Assembly (NCBI GenBank): GCA_001938485.1
Contig: MQRK01243125.1
Location: 1 to 64,000, forward strand
Source: Girardia tigrina
Taxonomy: Eukaryota
Length of the DNA: 64,000 bases
Reading direction: 5' to 3'
Shown here: piece by piece, positions 13,106-28,039 of the stretch
Numbering within the stretch: position 1 is the stretch's first letter
Layout: every line of letters begins with the position of its first letter
Position numbers and translations under genes: made by a program
Notes under the pieces: model-generated
What the model was told of the DNA's origin: nothing
The model's input: only the letters and a program-made list of their open reading frames with translations
Database searches by the model: none

Positions 13106-15429
13106 ATTTATAATTTTGATATTTTTTCCTTGAAAATTTTCTAAAAGTGACAAAATTTTAATCTTTTTTAAAATTTTTCTAATTGTTTTAAAAAAAAGAT
13201 AAAAGAAAACTAACATGGAGAGAATTTTTCAACGGCTCTATTTATTCTGTTTTGATATTTTCCAAGAAGACAACTTAAAAGTTTCACAAGCATCAAAATT
13301 TTAATTATCGCTCATTATTTTCAAGAAATTATATATAAATACTTAAAATCATATAAACTTTATATTTATTTACTTTTCGAAATTTGCACTTTGTAAAAGG
13401 AAACTTTTCACGCAGAAACTTAACAAATTTTCAAAAAGTAAATAATATAATATCAAAAACCGTTGACAAAAAAGATTTCCATAGAAAAAACTCATTATCT
13501 TATAAACGGAAACAGATTTATTTTAAAAATTATCGGTAATAATTTGTGTATAAGATATAAAAAACAATAAATCATTGTCAATTAGAATATGAAAATCGGA
13601 GTATGAATATTTAAGAATATTGTATTTTTTTAATATAAAAACTCTTCTACAAAAATAAACAATTTAAACAAAAATTATATTATATATATATATATAATAA
13701 AGAGACTTCTAAATTTAATTAAAATAATAAGTTATTATTAATAAAAAACAAACCACAAAACAATAACAAAAAATTATATTAATACAATTAAAACGAAAAA
13801 ATATTTAAATATTATTTTTACTGTAAAATAAAAGACAATAAAGCAATTTTTAATGAAAGACATTCGAGATAAAAATCAAAAAATGGAAATAAATATTGAA
13901 AATTCTTTACTTTATAAATTGTCTTATTAATATTGTTTACTAAAGTAGTCTCATTTCTAATAAAAATAAGCAGACATAAATTAAATTAAAATACAATTTA
14001 AATTAAAGTTTTTAACGAACATAAAGATAAAGATAGAAAACGTTTAGCGAAAAAAGCATTGTTGCACGAAAGATATTTCATAATTTAGTTTTCGTAATTA
14101 AATTGAAATTTGTTTGGTAGACAAAAAAAGTTTTAATACAACTCTCATTAAGGAAGATAAATATATTTACAATGTATATACGTAAAGAGAAGAAAAATAA
14201 GAAAACGTAAAAGAAGTCGTAACAAAACAAGAGTGGCATCAATATGAATTTCATGGTCGATGGATTGCACTGATTAAATTACTTTCCTCATCCACAACCT
14301 GACTGTAATAATAAGGTAGCAGACCGTAGAAGAAATAGGAGAATGAGAATAATGATACTTGTTGGTTACGAAAACATACTTTATTATCACATGTTCGTTT
14401 TCTTTTCATATAACCGCTTCAAAGAAATATTAAATAGGATATAAAAAATTTTACAAATAATACTTACATTTTCAGTGGTTATTTAATGCTATTTGCCTAC
14501 AACATCTGAAGGAATACCTTTTATTTAATATCGCTACATTAAGTTTGATTTTCTGTTTTTTTAAGAAGTTACAATAATAATGCCAGACAGTCAGCTTAAT
14601 ACATGGAAGGAAAGGCATACTAGGATTATGGCTTTACGGGTTGAGCATAGCAAAATAGAAATATCTTCATTTTTCTAGGTAATCAAATATTGATAATCCA
14701 CAAATATTGATAAGATCATTTGCAAAACAATTCTAAATCTCAGAAAGAACTAATTCAAACGCTGAACCCTTAGATATCATGTAAAAGCATTCCATGGGGA
14801 AAATAATAAATTATGTAAAAATACGTAACTAAAGAAAATCTCGTCATCAAATCTAAAAAAATCTCTTCAACAAGTCTTTAGTTTCAGAAAAGAAGTTATG
14901 TTATGAATTTTTAAAGAGAATTATCTAATGAAAGGACAACTTATTATGTACAGACCCTCCTGAATTTGTGAAACTCCATTGATTTCTTTTTGTTAGATCA
15001 TGCATTACTTTTAAAGAAACATAAGTCTCTTAATTTACCTAATTTATACAAACTATACATATAACTATTTGTATATTTATGTATCTCTTCCTTTTCTACA
15101 CAAACAAGTGAATCCAAACTATGTGGACTAACAACACTACAATCAGACACAAAACATCTTTGTTATTAACAATAAGAATATTTATATATCTGAAATGAAC
15201 TAATCAATAATTATATAAAAGATACATTTACAATAAAGTCAAACGGAGCTGAAGAAAAAGTTATCTTTATTTGTTATTTAAAATAAAATTTAGTCATAAT
15301 ATGACTAGTGATTAATTAGAAAATAGAAAATCCAATATGCAATTACAAATTTATAATAAAGACAATAAAATATTAAGATAGTCTACTAGGCAACGAAAGA
15401 CAATTTTAAGACAAAAAAGGAAAATATCA

Positions 15430-16010
15430 AATTCATAAAAAATGATTTATCAAAGGTATTGAATGTTATGACTACTCACGGATTTGATCTAGAAGATGTA
15501 CGAATAGTGGAACAACCTATCATCACTTCAAATGAAAGACATATTACTCAAATCAGCTCTACCAAATATACAATAAGAGATAAAGAGACAGAAAAAACCA
15601 TTATTACAAGAAAATATCACACGAGCAAGCGCTTCAACGTTGTCATCACTAAAAAGAGGGTCACATCCGTATGTGTATAGATTATCGAGCACTAAATGTA
15701 GTTAAAAAAAAGAGATATCTATCCTCTACCAAAACCTAATAAATGCTTGATAAATTAGGTGGATACAAATATTTTATTAAATAAGACGCAAATAATTTTT
15801 ATTTTCACATAATAAAAAGTATTGAAAAATCTGCATTTATTACTTAAAAAGGAGTATATGAGATTATAAAGATGCCATTCGGATTAACAACTGCGCCTGC
15901 TAATTTTAAACGTACAATGAATTTAGTCTTAATTGATGCACATCATGCAGCAGTATTTATTGACGATGTTGTAATTAAATCCAGAACATTTAAACAACCT
16001 TTGATGTATT
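15430..16010 (+). mobile_element. Ty3/Gypsy reverse transcriptase fragment, decayed
   Basis: IDYRALN...DIYPLP, MPFGLTTAPANFKRTM, AVFIDDVVI in mixed frames. Confidence 0.8.
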
Positions 16011-16858
16011 GAAAAAAACTTAGAAAAAAATTATAAAAATTATAAATATAACTTTTTTTGTTTTCTCTTTTTATTTGTCGATAACAATTTTATTGCATAA
16101 TTTTATTATATAATTTTGTATAATTACATCATTAATAATAAGCCTCTCATATTTCCATAGAGGAGATATGAAATATATCACAATAGTTTAAAATGACTAG
16201 GATAAAAATATTATTATAATAAAACAATATAATTAGATTAATTAGGAAGATGAAAAGAAGGACTATTAGAATATTCAATTTTCTATTAGTAGATATGAAA
16301 ATAAAGATTTGCGATTCGAACAAATCAAACTAGTAAATATTGCAAGAAGTTCTTGAGGATGAATCATATCTGAAATAATACTTATGTGGACATTTTCTTT
16401 TATTACCAATTATTTCCTTTTGTTGATTTGTACCAAGTTGAGAAACCTTTGAATTCGTTCTTTTGGCAACTTACTCGTTTGCTTTTTACAATATAACGTG
16501 TATTTAATTTTTACAATGAAATTTTTATTGATCGCCTATTTTTAACTATTGCACTCTTATTATACTTATATTTTTTTCTGAATCTTTTATTTGATTGTCC
16601 TTAGTCTCTAGAACGATGTTTTAATGTCAAACCTTCTTGGATGAGCAGGAAATGAAAAGAAATAAAAAATGTTATAAAAAGATAAATAGTAAGGTAAGTA
16701 GTAATATATATATTTAAGATTATATAAAATTTTAATTATAAATTAATAAAACGAACAAATGGTATGATACTTATGATTAAGTCACAAACTTTCCCAGTAA
16801 AATCTTTTGTATAATTTGTTTTAAATTTTCCTCAAATGATTAAATGAGAAGAACTTAC

Positions 16859-16894
16859 TTAAAGCCAATTTTGAATTGTGCGGTTGGTAAAAAA
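16859..16894 (-). CDS. candidate 36-nt host exon (VFYQPHNSKLAL)
   Basis: ttttag acceptor and gtaagt donor; open in phase 1, compatible with the 20941 exon end. Confidence 0.3.
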   Translation of the reverse strand, partial: FFTNRTIQNWL

Positions 16895-16974
16895 CTAAAA
16901 TATAACTTTTTTTTGTCCATTACATTTATGACTGGTGAGCAATATACATTGGTGCATTTAGGTTATTAACATTA

Positions 16975-17824
16975 CAGGGTTTCCACTTTTAAATGTGAAT
17001 TTTTTCATTTTGAAGTGTGAATATTTCCACTTTGAAGTGCGAAAATTAAAAAGATGAAAAATTTATATAAAAACATATAAAAAAATGATAAATAAAAAAC
17101 ACTTTCATGCAATTTAATTATAATTTTCATCATTAATTGTTTCCTGTTCAAGCATTTCTGAATAAAAGGTAGCATGTGCCGATAGTAATTTTCAAAGCTA
17201 TTTGATACAACTGCATTAAAAGAGGAGTCGATACTGGTGAATAACTGCTCTTCATTATGAGGGCGGCCCACTCTAACACACTGCTTTACCTCAGAAAACA
17301 TGTTCTCGATAGGATTCAAAAATGGGGAGTAGGTGGCAAAAAATGAATTGTATGCCCGGAAGCTGTTATTTTTTCTGTAACAAGGTGGGACTTATGGAAT
17401 GCGACATTGTCCATAATAAACATCATATTACTCATATTCATTTCGACCAGTTTAGCTACGGTATCATCAATAAATTCTAGAAAGGTTTCAGTATTGAAAG
17501 CACGATTTTGTCTTTTATAGTACAGCACAGTGGTCTTAAGCAGTCCACAACAAACGGAAATATTTCTACTTCTGATATTTTGAACGCGCTGAATTGCTGC
17601 ATGACCACGCTCACTTCTTCCATATCGGCAGTGCATGCTTATATTGAAGCCAACTTCATCTACAAAGATGAAATTGTTTCCATCAGCCACGTGAAACAAG
17701 CCTATATTTATTAAATTATTTCCAATATATTAGTAGTAAATTTATTTATAAAGTTTTCACACGTCAAAGTGGAAATATTCACACTTCAAAATGAAAAAAA
17801 TCACATTTAAAAGTGGAAACTCTG
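16975..17824 (-). mobile_element. IS630/Tc1-type DD34E element, internally deleted, ~70-bp TIRs
   Basis: CAGGGTTTCCACTTTTAAATGTG... / ...CACATTTAAAAGTGGAAACTCTG with TA TSD; FIFVDEVGFN, MDNVAFH, LPP(YSPF)LNPIE with a 1-nt frameshift; N-terminal DNA-binding region absent. Confidence 0.9.
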
Positions 17825-19648
17825 TATTCCTAAATTTCCCTGAAGACGTGGAGGTTGATGATTCTATTGATAAAGTGAAGTCTAATTATGGATTATAAAT
17901 CATAAATTACCTTCAACATGAAAATGTTTTAAAAGAAGTATTCTGTGGGGATTTTGTATTGGAGATTCATGCTTACAGTACAAAACCTGAACATTAAGTC
18001 GCATTTTACTCTCTGTAGCAATATTGTTTAAAATGTTAATCCTGAAAGCATCACACACGACTAAATTTTTTAACATGAATTTGCGCTCCTTGAAAATGAG
18101 CTTTCAAGAAAAGCGGTAAGAATTTACTGCAAATGTTTATGTGTTCAATACCTTTCAGTATATTTTACACAATCTTCTATCTAACATTGTGTCTTTTTAT
18201 AGCTTTTGCTGCATGATTCGTCACCATTTATTCCCAATATTCTATGAAGGTTTCGAAGCACTTTTTTCAAAACTACTTTTACATTTCTTTCTCTGATCAA
18301 CAATATTACTGTTATAAAATATTTTTTAATATGAATAAAAAATGTTTTAATAATACTACTTGTTAGTTATATCAATATTTGAATTCATAAGTAGCACAAT
18401 TAATATATTTTTATTATACACAAATTTACAAAATATTTTGCTTCTTTTCTTTAACTAATAATCATTTAGTCAATTTCTACTATTTAAATAATATTTTATT
18501 TATCCTAAAATATTCTAATAATTTTGAAATAAAACAAATTATAAATTTAAAAAATTAAATTTAATTTTTAATGCATAATTTTAATAATATTTAATTTACA
18601 ATACCCAACGCCAAATACTCAACAAAAATACCTAATTTTAAAACATTAATGTCATATTTCTTTTCTATATATTAAATTTTAAACATGTTAATTAAATATT
18701 TAATGCATTTTTAATGTTAATATTTAATAATATATATAATTAATATTTAATTTAAAATCTTCTTACTATTAAATTATTTAAATTTCGATCAATGAAATAA
18801 AAATTAACTTACTGCTTTTACAATTAATAAGAAAACATTTTAAAACTTAAATTTATTGTTTTATTTTAGTCATTTCACAATTTTTAATAATGTTTAAGCA
18901 AGTCAATTATTAAAAATTATTTTTTTTCTTATTAAAATACAATGTTAAATGAAATAGAAAACCATATGGTAACATATGGGTAAACGCTGACCTAGTGGCA
19001 TACAAATAGATTCGTTAGATCAACACGAAATGCGATCATTTTTAGCATCAACAAACTTTATTATTAAATTAATATTTATTTTCCAAAAAAACTTGAAAGA
19101 AAATAAATAATTCCTTAAAGTTCATTTTTTCATTTAGTCATTGTTTAAAATTTTTCCATATAAAATACAAAACATCTTAATCATTTAATTTACATTTTAA
19201 TTTGGCAATAAAAGAAAATTTAGATCAGAAACCCTCTTTTATGCAATAAATAATTTATATGAATTAAAAAATAATGATAATAATAGATTAATAAATATAT
19301 AATTATTTATAACAAATAGCGGAAAGAGAAAAAACGATATACATAATATATCAAAAAAAGGGATAAAATGTCTTATGGAGAAACAGTAATAAGTTATTTT
19401 AATTGTATTATTGCACGAGTATACGATTTCAATCGAATAGTAGTTCGACATTAAAATAGATTTGTTCCGATTAGGAAATTGATCAATAATTGAAATAGTT
19501 TAGTCTCAATTATAATATTGTCTAACGGTTAAATAGTCCTGAGTTCGACAAAAAATTGCCCAGCAATTAAATAATTTCGTACATGATAGACTAACTTTTG
19601 ATGATTAATTATTTTCGTATATAATATATAATTAAATTATAATATATA

Positions 19649-20892
19649 TACATGGCTTAACATAAGTTTAAGACCACCATAATTTTTTTAGCTTTTTTTG
19701 CAGAACACAATATATTTATAACATTTTATTATAAAAATTCATTTTTTACAAACTGTGGCCCGCCAGTATTTTATGATGGCTTAAAGCCGCTTATGGATGG
19801 AGTACATACATGCCTTACAGTGTTCATTCCTTATTTCTGTATCCCAGACTGACTTGATAGCTTTTTTCCGCTCTGTAATTGATGCTGGACGTCTTAATAA
19901 GACTCTTGTTCAAAATAGTCCATATATTTTCGATGTGGTTGCAGTCTGGAGAATTTCCAGGCCACTCAAGAACCTCAATAGTGTTCTTTCGAAACCACTA
20001 CAGACTGCCTCGTGCCACATGGCAAGGTGCCGAATCTTGCATAAAACTGGTGTATCCACATGAAAATCTTTAGCTTGGTCTCCAGCATGTCAGTATTTAT
20101 CTTGGAATTCATTCTTACATTTTATCCAAGATCACCTAACCCCCACGTCCATAGCTACTCAAACATCCCCAAATCATTTTTGAAGCCGGATGTTTCATCG
20201 TTGGTACTGTATAACTTTCGTTATATCGGGGCTCCCATATATCCAATAGGCCCCAAACTGAGTAATTAAACATTCATCTGACCACATAATATTTTGCTAG
20301 TTGTTTGCTGTCCAATGTCTGTGTTGATTTGCAAAGTGAAGGCGCTTCATCTTTATCGCTTTTGTTAACATTGGTTTCCTGGCTGGCTTGTAAGGTGATA
20401 GGTTCATGAATTTTAACCGCCTGCTGATAGTCATCCTACTGACCTTCTCACCTCACTCCTTAAAATTGCTCCATGGTCGGTAGTCTTGGATATCCCCAGT
20501 TGACTGGTATTATTCCTTTCACTGAGCAATAACCTGTGAATGTTTTGTAGGAGAGAGGCTGCATCACTTAACCATCATGTACGTATTATTCTAAAACACA
20601 AAAAAATACCATAAATATAGATGAACGCTCTTAATATGATTGTTATTTAACAAATGTACTTAGAAAACTACACAGCATAAATGCAGTAAATAAAAAAATT
20701 ACATAATGATACAAATCATCAATCAAAACAATGAGTAATAGCCATATGGTGTTATCTGTGTAAAGGTCAAGGTTGCTAAAATATTACAGAAAGTTCCTAA
20801 ACACATATTATACATCATCAGACAACTAATTACCTAGAAAAAGTTAATAAAAATTGACTTGCATAAAGGTAAACGCTGTAGTAAGCCATGTG
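19649..20892 (-). mobile_element. Tc1-like element, decayed
   Basis: Termini (T)ACATGGCTTA / TAAGCCATGTG + TA; minus strand WSDE, FMQDSAPCH, LEWPGNSPDCNHIENIW. Confidence 0.85.
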
Positions 20893-20940
20893 TAATATAA
20901 TATGCAATGATAAAGAATGTTATAAATTAGGGTTACTCAC

Positions 20941-21040
20941 CTAGATGACCAGCAACGTCAAAGATTTCCACAAAATGATCAACTTCTTCGTCAAAATCAA
21001 GGTTTAATGGAAAAACTTTAGGAAAAGCAAAACTTAGTGC
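20941..21040 (-). CDS. candidate host exon (ALSFAFPKVFPLNLDFDEEVDHFVEIFDVAGHL)
   Basis: Strong donor AG|GTGAGT at 20940, acceptor aatag at 21041; one open, protein-like frame; phase link to the upstream exon is unresolved. Confidence 0.4.
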
Positions 21041-21142
21041 CTATTATTGAAAGTTAAAGTAAACAAATACCAAAGATGATTAAAAATAGATTTATTTTTT
21101 CTGGTCTTAAACTTAGGTTACGCACTGTATATATATATTCAC

Positions 21143-21240
21143 CTTCTGATTGCGGCTTTTTAAGGTAAGGTTCATCAGACGGGACTGAATGAATGTCTGT
21201 TGTTGATAAATATGTATTGATTGTGAGGATCAGGCGCACT
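21143..21240 (-). CDS. candidate host exon (VRLILTINTYLSTTDIHSVPSDEPYLKKPQSE)
   Basis: cttttaag acceptor, AG|GTGAAT donor; only one open frame, phase-compatible with the 27209 exon end. Confidence 0.45.
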
Positions 21241-23442
21241 CTTAAAAGTTTTGAAGAGTTATAATTAAAAATATATCTAATTAATTTAAAATTAGTTATT
21301 CTCAAAAATTATTTAATTTTATTTGCTAAAAATCTAAGTTGAAATTATTTATTAAATAATTGATTTTTAAAAATAATTGATTTAAAAAAGTATATAAAAC
21401 CCAGAAAAATTATGTTTTAAATTAATTTTAAAAGTTATTCTCAAAACATAAATTAATTAAATTTTGATTGATAGCAATGTAATTTTGAAAAACTGAAAAT
21501 TTTTAAATATTAAAGTTAGTTGAAAATTCTGTAAATTAAAATTTGATAAATAATTAAATTTTAAACAGCGTTAAAAAATAAAGTTTTGCGTTAATGAATT
21601 CAATACATTATAAAGAATAAATAGTTTCTGATTAAATTTCACTATATACATTATATATTTTATGATGTTTTATATGATATATTATATATATCTACGCAAT
21701 ATTTAATATGAAAAAATATAAAAAGAGAATATTTATCAAATCACGATTGACTGATGGAAATGCAATTACACGAGTTTTGTTTTAAAATATTTGAATCTGT
21801 ATTACTTTTGCAATTATTTTCTGATGCTTTGGTTTTACTCCCCATCGTCATCCATTTTATAACTTTGAATGATTAATTAATATTACTATTTTATAGATTT
21901 TATATTTAAATGAATTAATCACATTTTTAATTAATAATATAATTATACTGAAACAGCAAACTGTTTATTTAATCATAAAAAAGAATAAAATATTTCTTAC
22001 ACCAATCCATTGAATGTGTGAATTGATGAACGGTGATGGGTTTGATCCAAGTGACAGAAATATAATTACGAATAAGTATTACTGATAATAATCATTTAAA
22101 ACATATATCACATTTCCTTATTGATAATATCTTTATTTAGATTAATTATCTTTTTTAATATTTATTTTTTAATAATAATTATAATAATTAAATTATGATT
22201 ACACTTTTTTAATTATAAAAAATTAATTAATATTAATAATGAATATTAATTTATTAGATAAAGTTGATAATTAAAAAAAATATGAATTTTTTTATTGTAA
22301 ATTATTATGTTTATTTAAGTGAATTAAAGGATTATTTTCCGATTAGTTTATCGATCTTATTGTTTATTGTGATTATTATTATAATTTAATAAAAAATATT
22401 ATTTTCTTATTTGAAATTAACATTATCATAAGAATTTTAATTGAAAATTATTATTTTAATTTCTTTTATTAAATCATGTTAATTAAAGAGTATTATATTT
22501 TAATAAAGATTATATTTTTTTATAAATGTTACACTAAAGAAAAAAGTGAAAATATAAACATTAAACAAAAAATTGTTGTCGAGACAATATTTTGTTTTAA
22601 ATTTCAGACATTTGTTCATTTTCTATCAACAATTTTTAGATTTTATATAAAAAGAACAAAAACAGAATTAAATCCAATATTTGTAAAGTGAGAGATAAAC
22701 AAAACAATTTATTACCTTTTTTGTTTGTATTTCCGTAATTTTTAAATGTTTATTTTTATTAAAAAAATTATTTATGTTTAATTTATATAATAAAATTAAT
22801 CGTAATAATGGAAATAATAATAATAATCATTACTATTATTATTATTATAATTTGGACAATTTTCTTTTCACTGACATTTTAATAATTTAGTAATGATTCT
22901 AAATATAATTAAAAAATTAAAAAATAAATTAGAATAAATTAAAGTCCAATTAAATTTTTTTTAAGTTATAGTTAATAATTTAGTTGTTGTGTAATAATAA
23001 TAATAATTATTAAGAACATTTAAAAGTCTCGTTTGAATTTTTATTATAATCACATTTTGAGTCATAATGACTCTCAGAAGGTATTACATCGTTTGTCATC
23101 ATTCTAATTGGTTTTCTTATTCCCCTTTTAATCATGATTATTCGAGCAATTTTTCTAAGTAATTTTTTTAAATATATTAATTAATATTAATTAAAAATAA
23201 TAAATTTTACCATTTCTCAATAAATCCTAAAATAATAGAAATGTCATCAAATTATTAAATACATTTAATTTAAATTTTACCAAAAAAATATTAAACTTAA
23301 CTTTAGTTGTTAAATTTAAAAATGAACTTATAAAATGATTATTTTATTTATATTCGAATAGTCAATCACTTTAAATTTAAATAAAAAAATGCCAATTTCC
23401 ATCTGGGTGGGAGAATCACCATTCTAAATTCAACATACTTAA

Positions 23443-23770
23443 CACTAGAATTACGGATGGGTCAAAATTGACCCATTTTAATTTTTAAGGTGGTCTTTAA
23501 TGTATAAGGAATATGTAAAATGATCCGATTTTTCATGACTTTTAATATTTAAGTGATATGAACATACATTAGGTACAATCATATTATTTACTATTGGTGA
23601 GTTTGAAATTCGAGTAACAATACCTATAATTACGGATGGGTCGAAATTTGTTTCTATTCAGTAGATAAGTAGGAATAAATATTCCAGAGGGGCGCAAATA
23701 TTGTTGAATGTACAAGCCATCTGGACTAATTATTTACAAATATTTCGACCGGAGAAACAAAAAATTCTGC
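23443..23770. mobile_element. piggyBac-type terminus
   Basis: TTAA followed by CACTAGAATTACGGATGGGTCAAAATTGACCC; subterminal repeat AATTACGGATGGGTC at ~23628; other end not found. Confidence 0.65.
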
Positions 23771-23789
23771 GGCCTAAATGTTAAATAAC

Positions 23790-24000
23790 ACCGTTAATTT
23801 TCTCCTCACTAACACTCTGTCTACCATGCTTAAATTGTGCGATCCAGTAATAAATGATAGTTTTCGATGGGCTTTCATCCTCAACTCCTCAATAATTTCG
23901 TTTGCCAACAACGTTTACATAATAAGAAAATTCCACGGAAGAATGCATTATTATTACGAAAAATTGAATGCCCGGAAAATTTTACCACATCCAGATGTTA
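23790..24000 (-). mobile_element. mariner 5' transposase fragment
   Basis: DESPSKTIIYYWIAQFKHGRQSVSEE, an HTH-region motif of mariner transposases. Confidence 0.55.
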
Positions 24001-27000
24001 CGGTAAAACAATGTATATTTCAGTTACCTATAAAACTATAAGATTAAATTAAAAAAAATCAATTAAATTGGTATATTATTAGATCTTCATTCCGGGTATT
24101 TAATGGTCACATTACGTATTATCGTAACTGTTTTTTTAGAGCTAAAAGCATTTCTAAATTTATTACAATTTAAAACTTTTGTTTCTTTTTATTCATTAAA
24201 AAATATTTTTATTAAACAGATTTTTAAAATTAATTATACTAAAATGACTAAATTATATTTTACGAGACTGTTTTTTCATTGTTAAAAAATTTCTATTCTT
24301 GTTCGGGCCTGAGGGGGGTCATGTTCAACAATGTTCGTTCTTAATTAGACATTTTACTAGCACCATTATGATAAAAAATGTCATTTGAGACATTTGGATT
24401 AGCTTACTTATATGTCGTGTTTCAAGTTCTAATGTCAATTCCTCAAAATACGAAGCAGACAGCAATCAATCTAAAATTGAGATGTTTAATTTATACTCAG
24501 TAATAAAACATTTCCGGGAATTTATAAAAGTTACTTTTGTAAAAATGAATAGTCATGTAAATTTCTGTTTGAAAATAGTCATTTATTTTGCTGGTCTTTG
24601 GTTATCGGCCAAATAAAAAATGTTCAAGCATTTACAAGGAGAAGCTTGGATTTTATGGTTTCTTTTAATCTGCAGATAGGCATGTCTGATGTAACAATCA
24701 TGCAAATGCTAAAGATGCTTAATCCTTCCAAAATAATGAAACCTCAAAATTCATATTATGAGGGATCTATAAATTATCATCAAATTTAAAAAAAATCAGA
24801 AAGGTAAGATAACTCAATCGAATTTAATGACAAATAAAGATAAAGAAAAAAAGTAAAAATATTTATTAACTATTAAGAATAATTTTCTTAAAACTCTGTT
24901 TTTAAAGAACTTCTTTGCAAAGATGTCTTGTGAGGTTTATTCAACCAACCTTAACAACCATAGAACTGGATCGTCACTTTCAATTCACGATTTTAAAAGT
25001 TTTTTTAAGGAAATTGGTGAACAAAAAGATTCAAGTAAAAACTTTCCATCATCTTGCTGGAACTTATGGTTATCAATAACTAATATTTAAAAAATATTTA
25101 CAAGAAAAATTTATAAAATATTAAAAAAAGAATAAATAATAAAATAAATATACAGACAAATATCATTATGAAAATATTTTTTTAATATTTTATTCAATTA
25201 TATATATATATATATATATAATTTTAATTTTAATGAATTTGATAAAATGGAAATGTATGAATAAGAAATAACTCAATTTTTATTGTCTGGTTTTGTAATT
25301 TAACCAGATAAAAATATGATTTATATACATAAATTGAATAATTTACATATAATTTGTGAATAGACATTCAAGCTATTGAAGTTAAGTATTTAAAATTAAC
25401 ATATTTTTCTGGAATAAAAATGATTAACAGACATATATTAATCATATATCTATATTTAAATAAGGCTTTTTATATGTCAATATATAATATGAATAAAAAT
25501 ATAATTATATTAACCCATTATAATTTGCCTTTGCATATATATATTTTTTAAATCAATTATTTAACAATTCATTACAACTGAAAATTTAGTAAATAAATAT
25601 AAATTATTCATGAAAATAATTTTTTTTAATTTAATTAAAGATATTTTTGATTATAATTCTTTTGAAAAACTTTTGATTTTAGATATTTTCTTATTTTAGA
25701 AATTATTTATAAAAATTAATTATTTCAAGAATTTTAAGAGTGAACCTGCTCCTCACATAAACCAAGACACAAAATACTCGTACATAATTGGGTGCACCCA
25801 CGGCCCAATGGCTAAGGTCAAAAAAAATTTACTGGAAATTTTTTTAGTAAAACTTCAATTATTTTCTTACCAACTAAAAGTTTTTAAAATAAAAAATCAT
25901 GTGATTATTTTGTTTAAATAATCAAAATACTTTTTCTAAAACACGTGTTTTTAATGTTTTATTTTATTGAAAAATAGTGACATTTATTAAAATTTTATAT
26001 CAGTCACCTTTTGAGTTGTATTAATGACATTAATAAAAGTGTTTTGTAAAGATATGATAAATATTTTTATTTAAATATTCATTAGATAAAACAAAAAATT
26101 GAACACAAATGTAGTTTACATAGAAAATGTTAGTTTAATTTAATAAATAAAATGAGAAGTCAATATTATAGTTTTAAAATTTGACCATATGAGGGTTGAT
26201 TGCGAGAATGATGTATTGAAGTTTGACCATATTAGTAAATACAATATTCAATATTATTTGTTCAACTGATACTTGTTTGTGGTTTCTTTAGAAATTCATT
26301 AATTAAAGAGCATTAATCGTAAAAAACATTATTAATCATAAAGAGGAATACCAGTCCAACAGTAGTATAAGCGTCGTTGAAATAAGTTGAAAATTGTTGC
26401 AATGACCAGAAAAAAAGTAAATAAATATTTATATTTATTTAAGTAAGTAAATATATATTTTAGAAATCAGGTTCTTCCTTTTTCTTAAATTTGTGATGTC
26501 AAAGAAGTAAGTTCATTGGGTCTTTGACTAAAATGATTATAAATTATAATAATCAGTGAACTCAGACGATTCGCCAAAATTTAATCGAAAACATATTTAT
26601 CTTTCCCGTTAAAAATTAGTAAATTATATATATATATATATATATATGTATGCAAATTGATAATTAAAAATGAAGAGGCTTATTAAATAATACTGCTCAA
26701 AAATTGTCATAAAGACGTTTCGACTGCTTTTTAAACATTAAATCCAGCACAAAGCCAAAATATGGGTTACCTTATTTTCAAGGTTTTAAAACTTGTTATA
26801 TTAAATTAAACAAATGAAGAATTAAATTTATAAATTTCTAAAATCATTTTATCAAACACAAAATTTGTTCACTAACAGATCTGTGTCACCAGTAGATTAA
26901 ATTCTTAATCAAAGGCATGGAAATGACGGTTGATCTATTGAAATATAATATGCCTATAAATATATTTTTAATGTATAAATTCTATTTTCATTAAAAAATT

Positions 27001-27208
27001 TTCATTCTGAGTTGAAGCTTATCAATATTTAAAATACAACTGTGGAATAATTATGTAAATATTAATGTATTTTAATGTGTGTTGTTTTAATAATCATTAT
27101 TGTAAATTCTAATTCAAATATATTTTTCTTAGATATTCTCTTTCACAACAACAACCATTTTATTAAATTTAAATCTTGTTCTTTTCATAAAAAAATTTAT
27201 ATCCTTAC

Positions 27209-27369
27209 TTTGCAAAAAATGATGCTGCCGCTGCCAAATTGACTTGGGATGATGGATTCGCTTCTTTAGCTGGAACATTTGTTGTTTCAATTACCTCTTT
27301 ATTCACATCTTTCTGCAAATTCGAATTTGTGGAATTCATTTTTAAATTTGGTTTATTGTTATTTATCAT
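27209..27369 (-). CDS. candidate host exon (MINNNKPNLKMNSTNSNLQKDVNKEVIETTNVPAKEANPSSQVNLAAAASFFA)
   Basis: tttatttacag acceptor, gtaagg donor, 161 nt fully open, more GC-rich than flanks, no TE motifs. Confidence 0.6.
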
Positions 27370-27857
27370 CTGTAAATAAATTAAATTTAAAATGAGTACA
27401 ATAAGTTATAAAAAAAGAAAGGAAAGAAATATTATAAATATAGGCAAACAATAACAATTCAATCCGAATAATAACAAAATATTCTAACTTATATACAAGT
27501 AATTATAACTGCGGTTGTCTGCCGTGAATGATGATAAAAGATGGAAACTGCAGAGTAAATTTGTTCTCAATTTAAAATATCAACCTAAATAACTTGAAAT
27601 AAGAGAACTGTTGAATATTAAGGACGGGTTTTCCTGCTTATTTTTGATTATAATAATATGAGAATGATTTTCGTAATTATCATTAGATCAAGGGATTAAG
27701 GAAATATATTTTTAGGAATCTGTTCTTAAACTAGAAATCCGATTCTTTTCTTTTAATTTTTAAACCCGTCTAAATTAAGCTGGAACCAAAAATAAGATAG
27801 TAAATGTAGTGACCCAGTCAATTATTATATATAAATTATATATAGTAAATTATATAT

Positions 27858-27903
<46 letters not shown>

Positions 27904-28039
27904 AATCGATAAAAACAATCATAAATATTACTGTATACAATTATACTATATTGGCTGCGGGGCGTTTTCTTGTAAAATCGGTTCGTTAAGGAGTTTTCTA
28001 CAAACCAATTTATCAATATTCCCCATAAAAGTGCTCCTC

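Noticed and set aside
22020-22090. Possible C/D-box snoRNA (TGATGA...CTGA)
   Set aside because: No convincing terminal stem or recognisable rRNA guide; boxes expected by chance
24674-25075. Plus-strand exon-like segments (cag...gtaaga)
   Set aside because: All three frames of the first segment contain stops; no coherent product
27825-28016. YIYIYI-type ORFs and short antisense ORFs over TEs
   Set aside because: Microsatellite translations or shadows of transposase/pol frames
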